Shown here: piece by piece, positions 1 to 14,519 of the stretch
Numbering within the stretch: position 1 is the first letter of the stretch
Layout: every line of letters begins with the position of its first letter
Assembly: GCA_965644295.1 (NCBI GenBank)
Contig: CBFFRP010000133.1
Location: 248,001-312,000 of the forward strand
DNA from: Paraphysomonas bandaiensis
Lineage: Eukaryota; Protista; Chrysophyceae
Reading direction: 5' to 3'
Length of the DNA: 64,000 nt
The notes under the pieces: model-generated
What the model saw: the letters and a program-made list of their open reading frames with translations, nothing else
The model's database searches: none
What the model was told of the DNA's origin: nothing
Program-made: the position numbers and the translations under genes

Positions 1-264
1 AAATGCCTGCATAGGCGGATATATACACCACTGTATACAGTGCATATACAGTATAGGTATGCAGGTATACAGTGCATATACAGCAGCAGGGCAGTCCCAG
101 AATCTAATTAGCATAATAGATACGCCTGGACAAACTGCACAGGAATCTACCGTATACCGGTATACCGTACAGCCGTATACTGACATATACTGATGACATG
201 GTTGGTACAGTAGTCCGTGTACTTGTGTGTGTACATTCATCGGGCTACACTTACAACAAGCAAC

Positions 265-3200
265 AACAAGCGTATGTCTGACTCATAATTGATGTCATTC
301 TATTTGTTGAGGGCTCCATGATTGGTAGTGTATGTGTATATTTGTTGTTGTTTGCATGTGTGTATGTGTAGCCCGATGATTATTATAACAAGCGTATGTC
401 TGACTCATAATTGATGTCATTCTATTTGTTGAGGGCTCCATGATTGGTAGTGTATGTGTATATTTGTTGTTGTTTGCATGTGTGTATGTGTAGCCCGATG
501 ATTATTATAACAAGCGTATGTCTGACTCATAATTGATGTCATTCTATTTGTTGAGGGCTCCATGATTGGTAGTGTATGTGTATATTTGTTGTTGTTTGCA
601 TGTGTGTATGTGTAGCCCGATGATTATTATAACAAGCGTATGTCTGACTCATAATTGATGTCATTCTATTTGTTGAGGGCTCCATGATTGGTAGTGTATG
701 TGTATATTTGTTGTTGTTTGCATGTGTGTATGTGTAGCCCGATGATTATTATAACAAGCGTATGTCTGACTCATAATTGATGTCATTCTATTTGTTGAGG
801 GCTCCATGATTGGTAGTGTATGTGTATATTTGTTGTTGTTTGCATGTGTGTATGTGTAGCCCGATGATTATTATAACAAGCGTATGTCTGACTCATAATT
901 GATGTCATTCTATTTGTTGAGGGCTCCATGATTGGTAGTGTATGTGTATATTTGTTGTTGTTTGCATGTGTGTATGTGTAGCCCGATGATTATTATAACA
1001 AGCGTATGTCTGACTCATAATTGAAGTCATTCTATTTGTTGAGGGCTCCATGATTGGTAGTGTATGTGTATATTTGTTGTTGTTTGCATGTGTGTATGTG
1101 TAGCCCGATGATTATTATAACAAGCGTATGTCTGACTCATAATTGAAGTCATTCTATTTGTTGAGGGCTCCATGATTGGTAGTGTATGTGTATATTTGTT
1201 GTTGTTTGCATGTGTGTATGTGTAGCCCGATGATTATTATAACAAGCGTATGTCTGACTCATAATTGATGTCATTCTATTTGTTGAGGGCTCCATGATTG
1301 GTAGTGTATGTGTATATTTGTTGTTGTTTGCATGTGTGTATGTGTAGCCCGATGATTATTATAACAAGCGTATGTCTGACTCATAATTGATGTCATTCTA
1401 TTTGTTGAGGGCTCCATGATTGGTAGTGTATGTGTATATTTGTTGTTGTTTGCATGTGTGTATGTGTAGCCCGATGATTATTATAACAAGCGTATGTCTG
1501 ACTCATAATTGATGTCATTCTATTTGTTGAGGGCTCCATGATTGGTAGTGTATGTGTATATTTGTTGTTGTTTGCATGTGTGTATGTGTAGCCCGATGAT
1601 TATTATAACAAGCGTATGTCTGACTCATAATTGATGTCATTCTATTTGTTGAGGGCTCCATGATTGGTAGTGTATGTGTATATTTGTTGTTGTTTGCATG
1701 TGTGTATGTGTAGCCCGATGATTATTATAACAAGCGTATGTCTGACTCATAATTGATGTCATTCTATTTGTTGAGGGCTCCATGATTGGTAGTGTATGTG
1801 TATATTTGTTGTTGTTTGCATGTGTGTATGTGTAGCCCGATGATTATTATAACAAGCGTATGTCTGACTCATAATTGATGTCATTCTATTTGTTGAGGGC
1901 TCCATGATTGGTAGTGTATGTGTATATTTGTTGTTGTTTGCATGTGTGTATGTGTAGCCCGATGATTATTATAACAAGCGTATGTCTGACTCATAATTGA
2001 TGTCATTCTATTTGTTGAGGGCTCCATGATTGGTAGTGTATGTGTATATTTGTTGTTGTTTGCATGTGTGTATGTGTAGCCCGATGATTATTATAACAAG
2101 CGTATGTCTGACTCATAATTGATGTCATTCTATTTGTTGAGGGCTCCATGATTGGTAGTGTATGTGTATATTTGTTGTTGTTTGCATGTGTGTATGTGTA
2201 GCCCGATGATTATTATAACAAGTGTATGTTTGGTTCATTGTATGTGTAGCCCGATGATTATTATAACAAGCGTATGTCTGACTCATAATTGATGTCATTC
2301 TATTTGTTGAGGGCTCCATGATTGGTAGTGTATGTGTATATTTGTTGTTGTTTGCATGTGTGTATGTGTAGCCCGATGATTATTATAACAAGCGTATGTC
2401 TGACTCATAATTGATGTCATTCTATTTGTTGAGGGCTCCATGATTGGTAGTGTATGTGTATATTTGTTGTTGTTTGCATGTGTGTATGTGTAGCCCGATG
2501 ATTATTATAACAAGCGTATGTCTGACTCATAATTGATGTCATTCTATTTGTTGAGGGCTCCATGATTGGTAGTGTATGTGTATATTTGTTGTTGTTTGCA
2601 TGTGTGTATGTGTAGCCCGATGATTATTATAACAAGCGTATGTCTGACTCATAATTGATGTCATTCTATTTGTTGAGGGCTCCATGATTGGTAGTGTATG
2701 TGTATATTTGTTGTTGTTTGCATGTGTGTATGTGTAGCCCGATGATTATTATAACAAGCGTATGTCTGACTCATAATTGATGTCATTCTATTTGTTGAGG
2801 GCTCCATGATTGGTAGTGTATGTGTATATTTGTTGTTGTTTGCATGTGTGTATGTGTAGCCCGATGATTATTATAACAAGCGTATGTCTGACTCATAATT
2901 GATGTCATTCTATTTGTTGAGGGCTCCATGATTGGTAGTGTATGTGTATATTTGTTGTTGTTTGCATGTGTGTATGTGTAGCCCGATGATTATTATAACA
3001 AGCGTATGTCTGACTCATAATTGATGTCATTCTATTTGTTGAGGGCTCCATGATTGGTAGTGTATGTGTATATTTGTTGTTGTTTGCATGTGTGTATGTG
3101 TAGCCCGATGATTATTATAACAAGCGTATGTCTGACTCATAATTGATGTCATTCTATTTGTTGAGGGCTCCATGATTGGTAGTGTATGTGTATATTTGTT

Positions 3201-6200
3201 GTTGTTTGCATGTGTGTATGTGTAGCCCGATGATTATTATAACAAGCGTATGTCTGACTCATAATTGATGTCATTCTATTTGTTGAGGGCTCCATGATTG
3301 GTAGTGTATGTGTATATTTGTTGTTGTTTGCATGTGTGTATGTGTAGCCCGATGATTATTATAACAAGCGTATGTCTGACTCATAATTGATGTCATTCTA
3401 TTTGTTGAGGGCTCCATGATTGGTAGTGTATGTGTATATTTGTTGTTGTTTGCATGTGTGTATGTGTAGCCCGATGATTATTATAACAAGCGTATGTCTG
3501 ACTCATAATTGATGTCATTCTATTTGTTGAGGGCTCCATGATTGGTAGTGTATGTGTATATTTGTTGTTGTTTGCATGTGTGTATGTGTAGCCCGATGAT
3601 TATTATAACAAGCGTATGTCTGACTCATAATTGATGTCATTCTATTTGTTGAGGGCTCCATGATTGGTAGTGTATGTGTATATTTGTTGTTGTTTGCATG
3701 TGTGTATGTGTAGCCCGATGATTATTATAACAAGCGTATGTCTGACTCATAATTGATGTCATTCTATTTGTTGAGGGCTCCATGATTGGTAGTGTATGTG
3801 TATATTTGTTGTTGTTTGCATGTGTGTATGTGTAGCCCGATGATTATTATAACAAGCGTATGTCTGACTCATAATTGATGTCATTCTATTTGTTGAGGGC
3901 TCCATGATTGGTAGTGTATGTGTATATTTGTTGTTGTTTGCATGTGTGTATGTGTAGCCCGATGATTATTATAACAAGCGTATGTCTGACTCATAATTGA
4001 TGTCATTCTATTTGTTGAGGGCTCCATGATTGGTAGTGTATGTGTATATTTGTTGTTGTTTGCATGTGTGTATGTGTAGCCCGATGATTATTATAACAAG
4101 CGTATGTCTGACTCATAATTGATGTCATTCTATTTGTTGAGGGCTCCATGATTGGTAGTGTGTTTATTTGTTGTTGTTTGCATGTGTGTATGTGTCGATG
4201 ATTATTATAACAAGCGTATGTCTGACTCATAATTGATGTCATTCTATTTGTTGAGGGCTCCATGATTGGTAGTGTATGTGTATATTTGTTGTTGTTTGCA
4301 TGTGTGTATGTGTAGCCCGATGATTATTATAACAAGCGTATGTCTGACTCATAATTGATGTCATTCTATTTGTTGAGGGCTCCATGATTGGTAGTGTATG
4401 TGTATATTTGTTGTTGTTTGCATGTGTGTATGTGTAGCCCGATGATTATTATAACAAGCGTATGTCTGACTCATAATTGATGTCATTCTATTTGTTGAGG
4501 GCTCCATGATTGGTAGTGTATGTGTATATTTGTTGTTGTTTGCATGTGTGTATGTGTAGCCCGATGATTATTATAACAAGCGTATGTCTGACTCATAATT
4601 GATGTCATTCTATTTGTTGAGGGCTCCATGATTGGTAGTGTATGTGTATATTTGTTGTTGTTTGCATGTGTGTATGTGTAGCCCGATGATTATTATAACA
4701 AGCGTATGTCTGACTCATAATTGATGTCATTCTATTTGTTGAGGGCTCCATGATTGGTAGTGTATGTGTATATTTGTTGTTGTTTGCATGTGTGTATGTG
4801 TAGCCCGATGATTATTATAACAAGCGTATGTCTGACTCATAATTGATGTCATTCTATTTGTTGAGGGCTCCATGATTGGTAGTGTATGTGTATATTTGTT
4901 GTTGTTTGCATGTGTGTATGTGTAGCCCGATGATTATTATAACAAGCGTATGTCTGACTCATAATTGATGTCATTCTATTTGTTGAGGGCTCCATGATTG
5001 GTAGTGTATGTGTATATTTGTTGTTGTTTGCATGTGTGTATGTGTAGCCCGATGATTATTATAACAAGCGTATGTCTGACTCATAATTGATGTCATTCTA
5101 TTTGTTGAGGGCTCCATGATTGGTAGTGTATGTGTATATTTGTTGTTGTTTGCATGTGTGTATGTGTAGCCCGATGATTATTATAACAAGCGTATGTCTG
5201 ACTCATAATTGATGTCATTCTATTTGTTGAGGGCTCCATGATTGGTAGTGTATGTGTATATTTGTTGTTGTTTGCATGTGTGTATGTGTAGCCCGATGAT
5301 TATTATAACAAGCGTATGTCTGACTCATAATTGATGTCATTCTATTTGTTGAGGGCTCCATGATTGGTAGTGTATGTGTATATTTGTTGTTGTTTGCATG
5401 TGTGTATGTGTAGCCCGATGATTATTATAACAAGCGTATGTCTGACTCATAATTGATGTCATTCTATTTGTTGAGGGCTCCATGATTGGTAGTGTATGTG
5501 TATATTTGTTGTTGTTTGCATGTGTGTATGTGTAGCCCGATGATTATTATAACAAGCGTATGTCTGACTCATAATTGATGTCATTCTATTTGTTGAGGGC
5601 TCCATGATTGGTAGTGTATGTGTATATTTGTTGTTGTTTGCATGTGTGTATGTGTAGCCCGATGATTATTATAACAAGCGTATGTCTGACTCATAATTGA
5701 TGTCATTCTATTTGTTGAGGGCTCCATGATTGGTAGTGTATGTGTATATTTGTTGTTGTTTGCATGTGTGTATGTGTAGCCCGATGATTATTATAACAAG
5801 CGTATGTCTGACTCATAATTGATGTCATTCTATTTGTTGAGGGCTCCATGATTGGTAGTGTATGTGTATATTTGTTGTTGTTTGCATGTGTGTATGTGTA
5901 GCCCGATGATTATTATAACAAGCGTATGTCTGACTCATAATTGATGTCATTCTATTTGTTGAGGGCTCCATGATTGGTAGTGTATGTGTATATTTGTTGT
6001 TGTTTGCATGTGTGTATGTGTAGCCCGATGATTATTATAACAAGCGTATGTCTGACTCATAATTGATGTCATTCTATTTGTTGAGGGCTCCATGATTGGT
6101 AGTGTATGTGTATATTTGTTGTTGTTTGCATGTGTGTATGTGTAGCCCGATGATTATTATAACAAGCGTATGTCTGACTCATAATTGATGTCATTCTATT

Positions 6201-7655
6201 TGTTGAGGGCTCCATGATTGGTAGTGTATGTGTATATTTGTTGTTGTTTGCATGTGTGTATGTGTAGCCCGATGATTATTATAACAAGCGTATGTCTGAC
6301 TCATAATTGATGTCATTCTATTTGTTGAGGGCTCCATGATTGGTAGTGTATGTGTATATTTGTTGTTGTTTGCATGTGTGTATGTGTAGCCCGATGATTA
6401 TTATAACAAGCGTATGTCTGACTCATAATTGATGTCATTCTATTTGTTGAGGGCTCCATGATTGGTAGTGTATGTGTATATTTGTTGTTGTTTGCATGTG
6501 TGTATGTGTAGCCCGATGATTATTATAACAAGCGTATGTCTGACTCATAATTGATGTCATTCTATTTGTTGAGGGCTCCATGATTGGTAGTGTATGTGTA
6601 TATTTGTTGTTGTTTGCATGTGTGTATGTGTAGCCCGATGATTATTATAACAAGCGTATGTCTGACTCATAATTGATGTCATTCTATTTGTTGAGGGCTC
6701 CATGATTGGTAGTGTATGTGTATATTTGTTGTTGTTTGCATGTGTGTATGTGTAGCCCGATGATTATTATAACAAGCGTATGTCTGACTCATAATTGATG
6801 TCATTCTATTTGTTGAGGGCTCCATGATTGGTAGTGTATGTGTATATTTGTTGTTGTTTGCATGTGTGTATGTGTAGCCCGATGATTATTATAACAAGCG
6901 TATGTCTGACTCATAATTGATGTCATTCTATTTGTTGAGGGCTCCATGATTGGTAGTGTATGTGTATATTTGTTGTTGTTTGCATGTGTGTATGTGTAGC
7001 CCGATGATTATTATAACAAGCGTATGTCTGACTCATAATTGATGTCATTCTATTTGTTGAGGGCTCCATGATTGGTAGTGTATGTGTATATTTGTTGTTG
7101 TTTGCATGTGTGTATGTGTAGCCCGATGATTATTATAACAAGCGTATGTCTGACTCATAATTGATGTCATTCTATTTGTTGAGGGCTCCATGATTGGTAG
7201 TGTATGTGTATATTTGTTGTTGTTTGCATGTGTGTATGTGTAGCCCGATGATTATTATAACAAGCGTATGTCTGACTCATAATTGATGTCATTCTATATG
7301 TTGAGGGCTCCATGATTGGTAGTGTATGTGTATATTTGTTGTTGTTTGCATGTGTGTATGTGTAGCCCGATGATTATTATAACAAGCGTATGTCTGACTC
7401 ATAATTGATGTCATTCTATTTGTTGAGGGCTCCATGATTGGTAGTGTATGTGTATATTTGTTGTTGTTTGCATGTGTGTATGTGTAGCCCGATGATTATT
7501 ATAACAAGCGTATGTCTGACTCATAATTGATGTCATTCTATTTGTTGAGGGCTCCATGATTGGTAGTGTATGTGTATATTTGTTGTTGTTTGCATGTGTG
7601 TATGTGTAGCCCGATGATTATTATAACAAGCGTATGTCTGACTCATAATTGATGT
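265..7655. repeat. Tandem satellite, 122-bp unit, ~60 near-identical copies
   Basis: TATTTGTTGAGGGCTCC recurs at 301, 423, 545... (period 122). Variants: GAAG at ~1023 and ~1145, a 48-bp extra partial unit at 2221-2268, small deletions at ~4160-4195, and a SNP at ~7298. Confidence 0.98.
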
Positions 7656-8365
7656 ATGGCTATGCTATGCTTCTAGTCTATTATTCTTGTACAAATACTC
7701 TACGTATCCTCTGTACTCTTTTTTAAGGTGTTCTTGCACACACACTTACTTCTCTTCCTCTGATTGTGGTACCTAACGGATACACTTATATTACGTCATT
7801 TTCATTACTATGCTTGAATATATATTTCGAAGCAGTTGAATATGCTATCACATTATATATGCTATATGTATCTAGACGATCGTTATGGAGGTTCTCAGTT
7901 TGTTCTTTGTCAACGATCTTTGACATGATATATTACTCTTGCATGCTGAGGCTAAAGTGTATACTAACCCTAAATATGATTAATAAAATGATAACGTGAC
8001 TGTGCACATACATCCATACTACTATGCTAACATATAATGGGTGTGTACCTAACATCAGTAGCTAGATATCGTAAGATGCTATTTATAATTTAGCCAGCCA
8101 ATTAATTGGCAAGATTTACCAATAATAATAATTGAAATTATCACTTTTCAAACCAATTAATTGTTACGCTAGCCTGATTGGTAGTGTAGCTCCTTTTTTA
8201 CTACGTTTGCTTTGAGTGATAGAGCGAAAGCGGTTGGACCTTGTTGCTTGTGGTGACGTACAAGCAGCTTTCGTAGCGTGAAATAGTAGGATATAAGAGT
8301 TAAGCATTTATAATTTATATGTAGTCTAATTTATAATTGACTACATATATGGTATACGCACTACA

Positions 8366-8892
8366 TATATTGAAAGTCTTATTATTAGCAATAGGCTAGA
8401 CCAACTTAGTAGCTAGATGAATGCTAGGCAAACTAGTTAGACCTCTACCTGTAACTAATCAGTACACACATTTTTTATCCTATTATTTAACGCTACGGAA
8501 GCTGCTTGTGCGTCGCTGCAAGCACCAAGGTGCGACCACTTCCGCTCTGAGCTCTTTATGTGAACATCCCGGATGCTTGACTTCAGCAGGCAGCCCAATA
8601 CCCCGGTTACCCTTCAGGTGGGCCCTGTCCCGGATGCCCTTGAGATGGGCCCATTCCCAGATGCCTGTTTATTCGTCAGGGCCCAAAGACGTCTACACAA
8701 GTGACACTTATTGGTGTCCCTTGTACCACACAAGCATTCGGCTACTGTATACGAGTGGGCAGAAGAATATCTGCTGACTATGTTTGCGGCTCACGTTAGT
8801 TTCCCAGAGAGAATCTCTCCGGTACTTATCCCCCAGACCCCAGAACACCACGAAAAGGTGCGAGTCCGACTTTGTTGAGGGAACGCACTACA
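8366..8892 (-). mobile_element. Dispersed repeat family A (~520-590 bp), probable solo LTR; an inverted partial copy lies at ~8205-8345
   Basis: Clear similarity to 28798-29830, 36057-36292, 36383-36800, 48452-48832 and 57055-57640. On the minus strand it begins TGTAGTG, contains TAAATAG and AATAA motifs and ends CTTTCAATATA (degenerate inverse of the start). No coding capacity and no clean TSD. Confidence 0.7.
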
Positions 8893-9232
8893 TCCGTACC
8901 ATATCTAATATCTACAGATCTATGGTCATTTTCTAACCCTAATTGTTACTCAAGTCTGGTGTATATAATATTTTATTTCATACACGATGAATATGTTAAA
9001 ACTTCACTACAGTAAACTTTGTACTGCCAAAAACGATACTGCACGGAACGCAAGCATCTATATACTATATACTACATAGACCTACGGAGCTAGATTGCGT
9101 TTAATGACAGGCATATCTCAAAGCCTTCATACTCAATTCAGGAAACATCAATTCTAAAGAGCTCAAGCATGTTTAATTGATTTTTATGTTGTTCAAAAGA
9201 AGATTTCAACGGTTATCTCACGAGAAGCTTGA

Positions 9233-10400
<1,168 letters not shown>

Positions 10401-10759
10401 ATTGTTAAAGCTGGGATTGATAATCAAGCACGAATTGAAACAACAATAAAGTTAGCGTCAAGCAAACCGAACAACAAGATTGTGTGAGTTGACTGCTATG
10501 ATTCTTTGCAATGTATGAAATGTGTGGACACGAGACACTCCGGGTTTTTCACACAGTATATCAGAAATGGGAAAAAACTGAAAAACCCGAAGAAATGTGC
10601 ATATTAAAACCTCAATTTTTTGGAATTCTGGAATTGTGTAAATTATTTTTAGACTTCGGAGGATAGTTTTTTGCTTCGAAATATATACGTCAGTATACAA
10701 TCCGTATAAGAGTTTATGGTAGGATATGTATATAGAGGATACATGTATGTAGATACGCA

Positions 10760-10835
10760 TTCTTAACAAAAAACAAATCCTACCTTTTTGGGTTTCGTAA
10801 AAGGTAGGATTTTTCAGAGTTTTTTTTGTTAAGAA
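10760..10835. repeat. Short foldback inverted repeat upstream of ADK
   Basis: TTCTTAACAAAAAA..AAATCCTACCTTTT pairs with AAAAGGTAGGATTT..TTTTTTGTTAAGAA. Confidence 0.7.
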
Positions 10836-10879
10836 CGGCTGTAAGGATATATAATACTAGTATAGATACATACAGTACG

Positions 10880-13447
10880 TAGGAAGTCGGTGCACGATTA
10901 CCGCCGCTTTGTTTTTTTGAGCTCACGATTACCGCCGCTTTTCGAACTGAAATCACTTCAAAATAGTTCATTTTTTTTGTTTTAAGTAGTTTGATCTGCT
11001 CTCAGCTCCCGCCATAAGCATCTCTATCATATGAAACTATACACATACGTTAAACTGATTGCTATTGACTACATGATGTCTTCTATTTGAAATTTCATGC
11101 TAGTTTGCATTAGTTAGAGAATGCTAAAGCAATCCAATCAGAAATCTACGAATAATACTGCAAACAGCGGAATGCGACTGAATCCATAGAGCCACACTCT
11201 AATTACTGGAGAAGTACTTGAAGCTGTCTCTAGCAGCACCCTGCCAGCATGCGTACACCAGAAACGGGCTATAAATACGGTGTTGAAGCACTTGACTGTG
11301 CTGGACAGCACTGACAATAGAGGACCCATAATGCCGTCCATGGCCAGAGAGAGGGCTCTTGTTGAAGCTATAGGTTGGTGTCCTTATGTGGAACGTCCCA
11401 CTGTGCATCGAAAGTACACAATTGAAGAATGTAAAGTGCGTATATTAATCTTAATAAATGCATGCGTTTTATGGGTGTATATCAGGCCCCCTTGCTTAAG
11501 GGAGTAGCACCTCATCAACCCAAGAAAGCATCTGCAAAGTTTATAGTGTGTTTCTGCGCACCCAGCGCGATGATAAGTCTACTCTCCGTACTCGCCTGGC
11601 ACTAGTGAAATCAGGAAGCTGAAAAGGTAGTTCATAAGGTAGTTCAAAAGGCAGTTCATAAAAAAGTGTGGACTGTGAAAGTTCAAAAGGTAGTTCATGC
11701 AACAATGAACTTCAGCGAGCTACCTTATGAACTTCTTTTGAACTTCTCCATTTCACTAGTGTGGGGTTTGACAACACTTCGGTTTGAAGGCATTCTGCGC
11801 CGACCCACCAACCGAAGACAGCTGGAGGACACTATTGCGGGTAGGACTGACACACGGGCACTGTGTGCTCTATAACACGGTTGAACGAGTGCGACAATAA
11901 GAGCAGCAGAATAAGAAGTTTGCAGTTGGACTCCAGATGGGCAGGGAGAACGGGTAACAAAGCAAGTAGAAGTAAAGTAGCTGCAGGCCCCACGCTGAAC
12001 GAGCTGGTGACCATATGCCAAAACCGTCAGCAGAGGTGGCACCAGGGATCAATACTACCACAAACGCGTGGTATGTGGCAATACTAGAAGAACCAATGTC
12101 CGCTCACTACAACAATCCCCGAGACAACCATCTATTTTGTTATTCTACTCTCTATTAATGTGTTCATTTCATTTTCTATCACACATTTTCCATTTGTTAT
12201 TGCTTTCACGTTGAGCTGTTATAGCTCTATTACCAAAGCATGTCATTCGAATTTTCGATTATATTAAATAATTACTCTATAGCAATCAATATATAACTAG
12301 CTAGGTATCACCAAATCAGCTACTTAGGCACATGACTGAAGTCCAATGTATTAGAATTATGGTTGTGGTTATTGATAATTGACCCTGCCAATTGCATAAT
12401 CTATCACACTTAAATAGCTAAGCACAAATATGTTCCACTATTGATAGAGAAAAGTCGCAAAAAGTAATCATGATGCATATCTTTACCCTCGTAAAGATAC
12501 CCACCCAGTGACACACCTTTTAACTTTTAACACTCATCTTGGTTGCACCATATCATGCACTCACAACACTTAGTAACCCAAACTTCTTAAGTCTGTTAGA
12601 TTTCTGGTAGAATGCTTAGCACATAAGGTTCACTGCTGGTTCATTATTGAAGAACGATAGCTAAATTCTTCGACACTGATAAGTTCTTCTAAATGAGCCT
12701 CCACAACGCTCTGGAAATATTGAAAATAGAGGAATGATATCGCTGAGTTAATGCCTAGGTGGCATCAAATTCCTCATCCCATTCTAAACGTGAAGTTTAC
12801 TACTTGTATTTAAATTTTTCTCATTGACATTACTCTGATTGGTCCGGGTCCCCAAACTGTGAAAAGTGAATTAGAGACACAAGAAGTGGACATTATTCAT
12901 AAACACTGATATCGTAGATTACCGTTTGACAATGCATACTGTATAAACGACCTAGACTGTTGTCAATACAGCCCAATTTGGTCAGGTCGTGTCAATATTG
13001 CAGGTAATGTACAAATGTGAGTTGAGTTGTGCATCATGCTATAACTATTGATACTCAACGAAATATAAGAATCTGACGACATATTCGAGTCCAGCACCTC
13101 TGAATTAGTCTAACGGTATTATTCCTCCATTAACAATGCAGTGTGCGCAGACATATTCAGCCAAACAATGATTTTGATGTCGATGTGTTGGAAGTCAGGC
13201 GGTTGAAAAGCGGCGGTAATCGTGAGCTCCAAAAAAAAACTGTCAAAAAACGCTTAAGGCACTCATTTGAAACTTAAATAACACAACAATGAGTTCATGA
13301 GAGCACAAAGTCGATTATAGTGACACAAAGTCGAGAGTATGCTTGGCATTCTGAAATAATTTGTATTTCATTTGATGATCTGTGTGTCGAATAATGGACA
13401 TCTGAAAATGACCAAAAAAGCGGCGGCCATCGTGCACCGACTTCCTA
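10880..13447. mobile_element. Non-autonomous TIR DNA element (~2.57 kb)
   Basis: Left end TAGGAAGTCGGTGCACGATTACCGCCGCTTT (10880) is the reverse complement of AAAGCGGCGGCCATCGTGCACCGACTTCCTA (ends 13447). Subterminal GAGCTCACGATTACCGCCGCTTTT at ~10920 is inverted at ~13206. The terminal TA may be the TSD. Confidence 0.8.
11600..11761. mobile_element. CACTA (En/Spm)-type MITE, 162 bp
   Basis: TIR CACTAGTGAAAT...ATTTCACTAGTG, perfect 3-bp TSD TGG, and subterminal AAGGTAGTTCA repeats in direct and inverted orientation. Confidence 0.93.
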
Positions 13448-13499
13448 GTGCCGTATATAGGTATACATAGAGAGCATTGGCACTCCTAAGATACACGTA

Positions 13500-13757
13500 G
13501 CGAACCCAGTTAACTGCGTGACAGTGGTATGTTCACGCCCTGACATATCATTTGCTGTCTACAGTTGCGCGCTTTCTCTCTAACCCTCCGGCAGGCATCA
13601 TTGAAATGCCGTTCTACAGATTCTTAAGTATCTGAAGGGTACCCGAGACTGTCGCATCACGTACAGAAACCTCGATGAAGATCAAGCCGACATTGCATGA
13701 ATACGCAGATGCTAATTGGGCCAACTGTGATACTGACACTCGCCGTATTCTTCTATG
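13500..13757 (+). pseudogene. Ty1/Copia RT C-terminus and RNase H start, frameshifted remnant
   Basis: Fragments translate as RPDISFAV, RFLSNP, ILKYLKGT and EYADANWANCDTDTRR, which are Copia hallmark motifs. Confidence 0.85.
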
Positions 13758-13762
13758 TCATA

Positions 13763-14108
13763 TGTTAACATAGGACATTTCACTGAAGTTAACTTTGCTC
13801 TACACGTAAACCGTAACCTTGCTGTTGAACACAATGCACTTTCAAGTAAGAAATTATGATTATTATTCTGAACACTTCACTACATATTCGTCTAACATAT
13901 GTTGAAACATCTGTTCTTATAGCAACATCTGTTCATCATATGTTCATCAGTCAGTTCAATATCTTGTATAGTCACACATCAGTAACTGAATTTAATTCCT
14001 TTGTAACTATAATCCCCCGTTACACCTATGAGTTGACTTTACCTATTGCACACTGTTAACTCACTTCAATTGCACAATATATATCACATCATATTGCAGA
14101 ACTCAACA
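13763..14108 (+). mobile_element. Solo LTR, family B (346 bp)
   Basis: TGTTAA...CTCAACA ends, perfect 5-bp TSD TCATA (13758-13762 and 14109-14113); a similar copy lies at 28892-29238. Confidence 0.92.
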
Positions 14109-14519
14109 TCATATATGTATGGATGGATATATGGTCCTGCTGCTGGAATCGAAACTTCAAACTTCGATTTCTCTTTCTACTTTCAATATATAGCAATAGG
14201 AACTTCTGTTTAATTAATTCTAGAATTTAGCATAGATATATATATATAGCAACTCTCGACCGCCTACTTTTATTATTAATAATAGCAACTGAAACAGCAT
14301 TTGAAACCCAAAACATCGAAAATGCAAAGCACACGCACAGCAGTATTTTCATCACAAATATAACATTCTTTATTTTAACTGAAAAAATTTTGAACTGTCC
14401 GACATAAATATTGATCCGTATTTTGAATAAATCACCAACACTTAATTTCCTTCAAAGACATAATATTGCCTAAAAAATAACACAATTTCTTCACACGATT
14501 TAAATTGCTATTATCGTAT

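Noticed and set aside
265-7655. CRISPR array or repeat-encoded peptides (ORFs 2125-2319, 4003-4263)
   Set aside because: Units are identical with no unique spacers and there are no cas genes. The period of 122 is not a multiple of 3, and the ORFs exist only where indels remove stops.
8421-8777. 118-aa ORF
   Set aside because: It lies within repeat family A and the frame is not conserved in other copies.
13856-14059. Similar small ORFs at 13856 and 29034 suggesting a gene family
   Set aside because: Both are inside solo LTR B copies.
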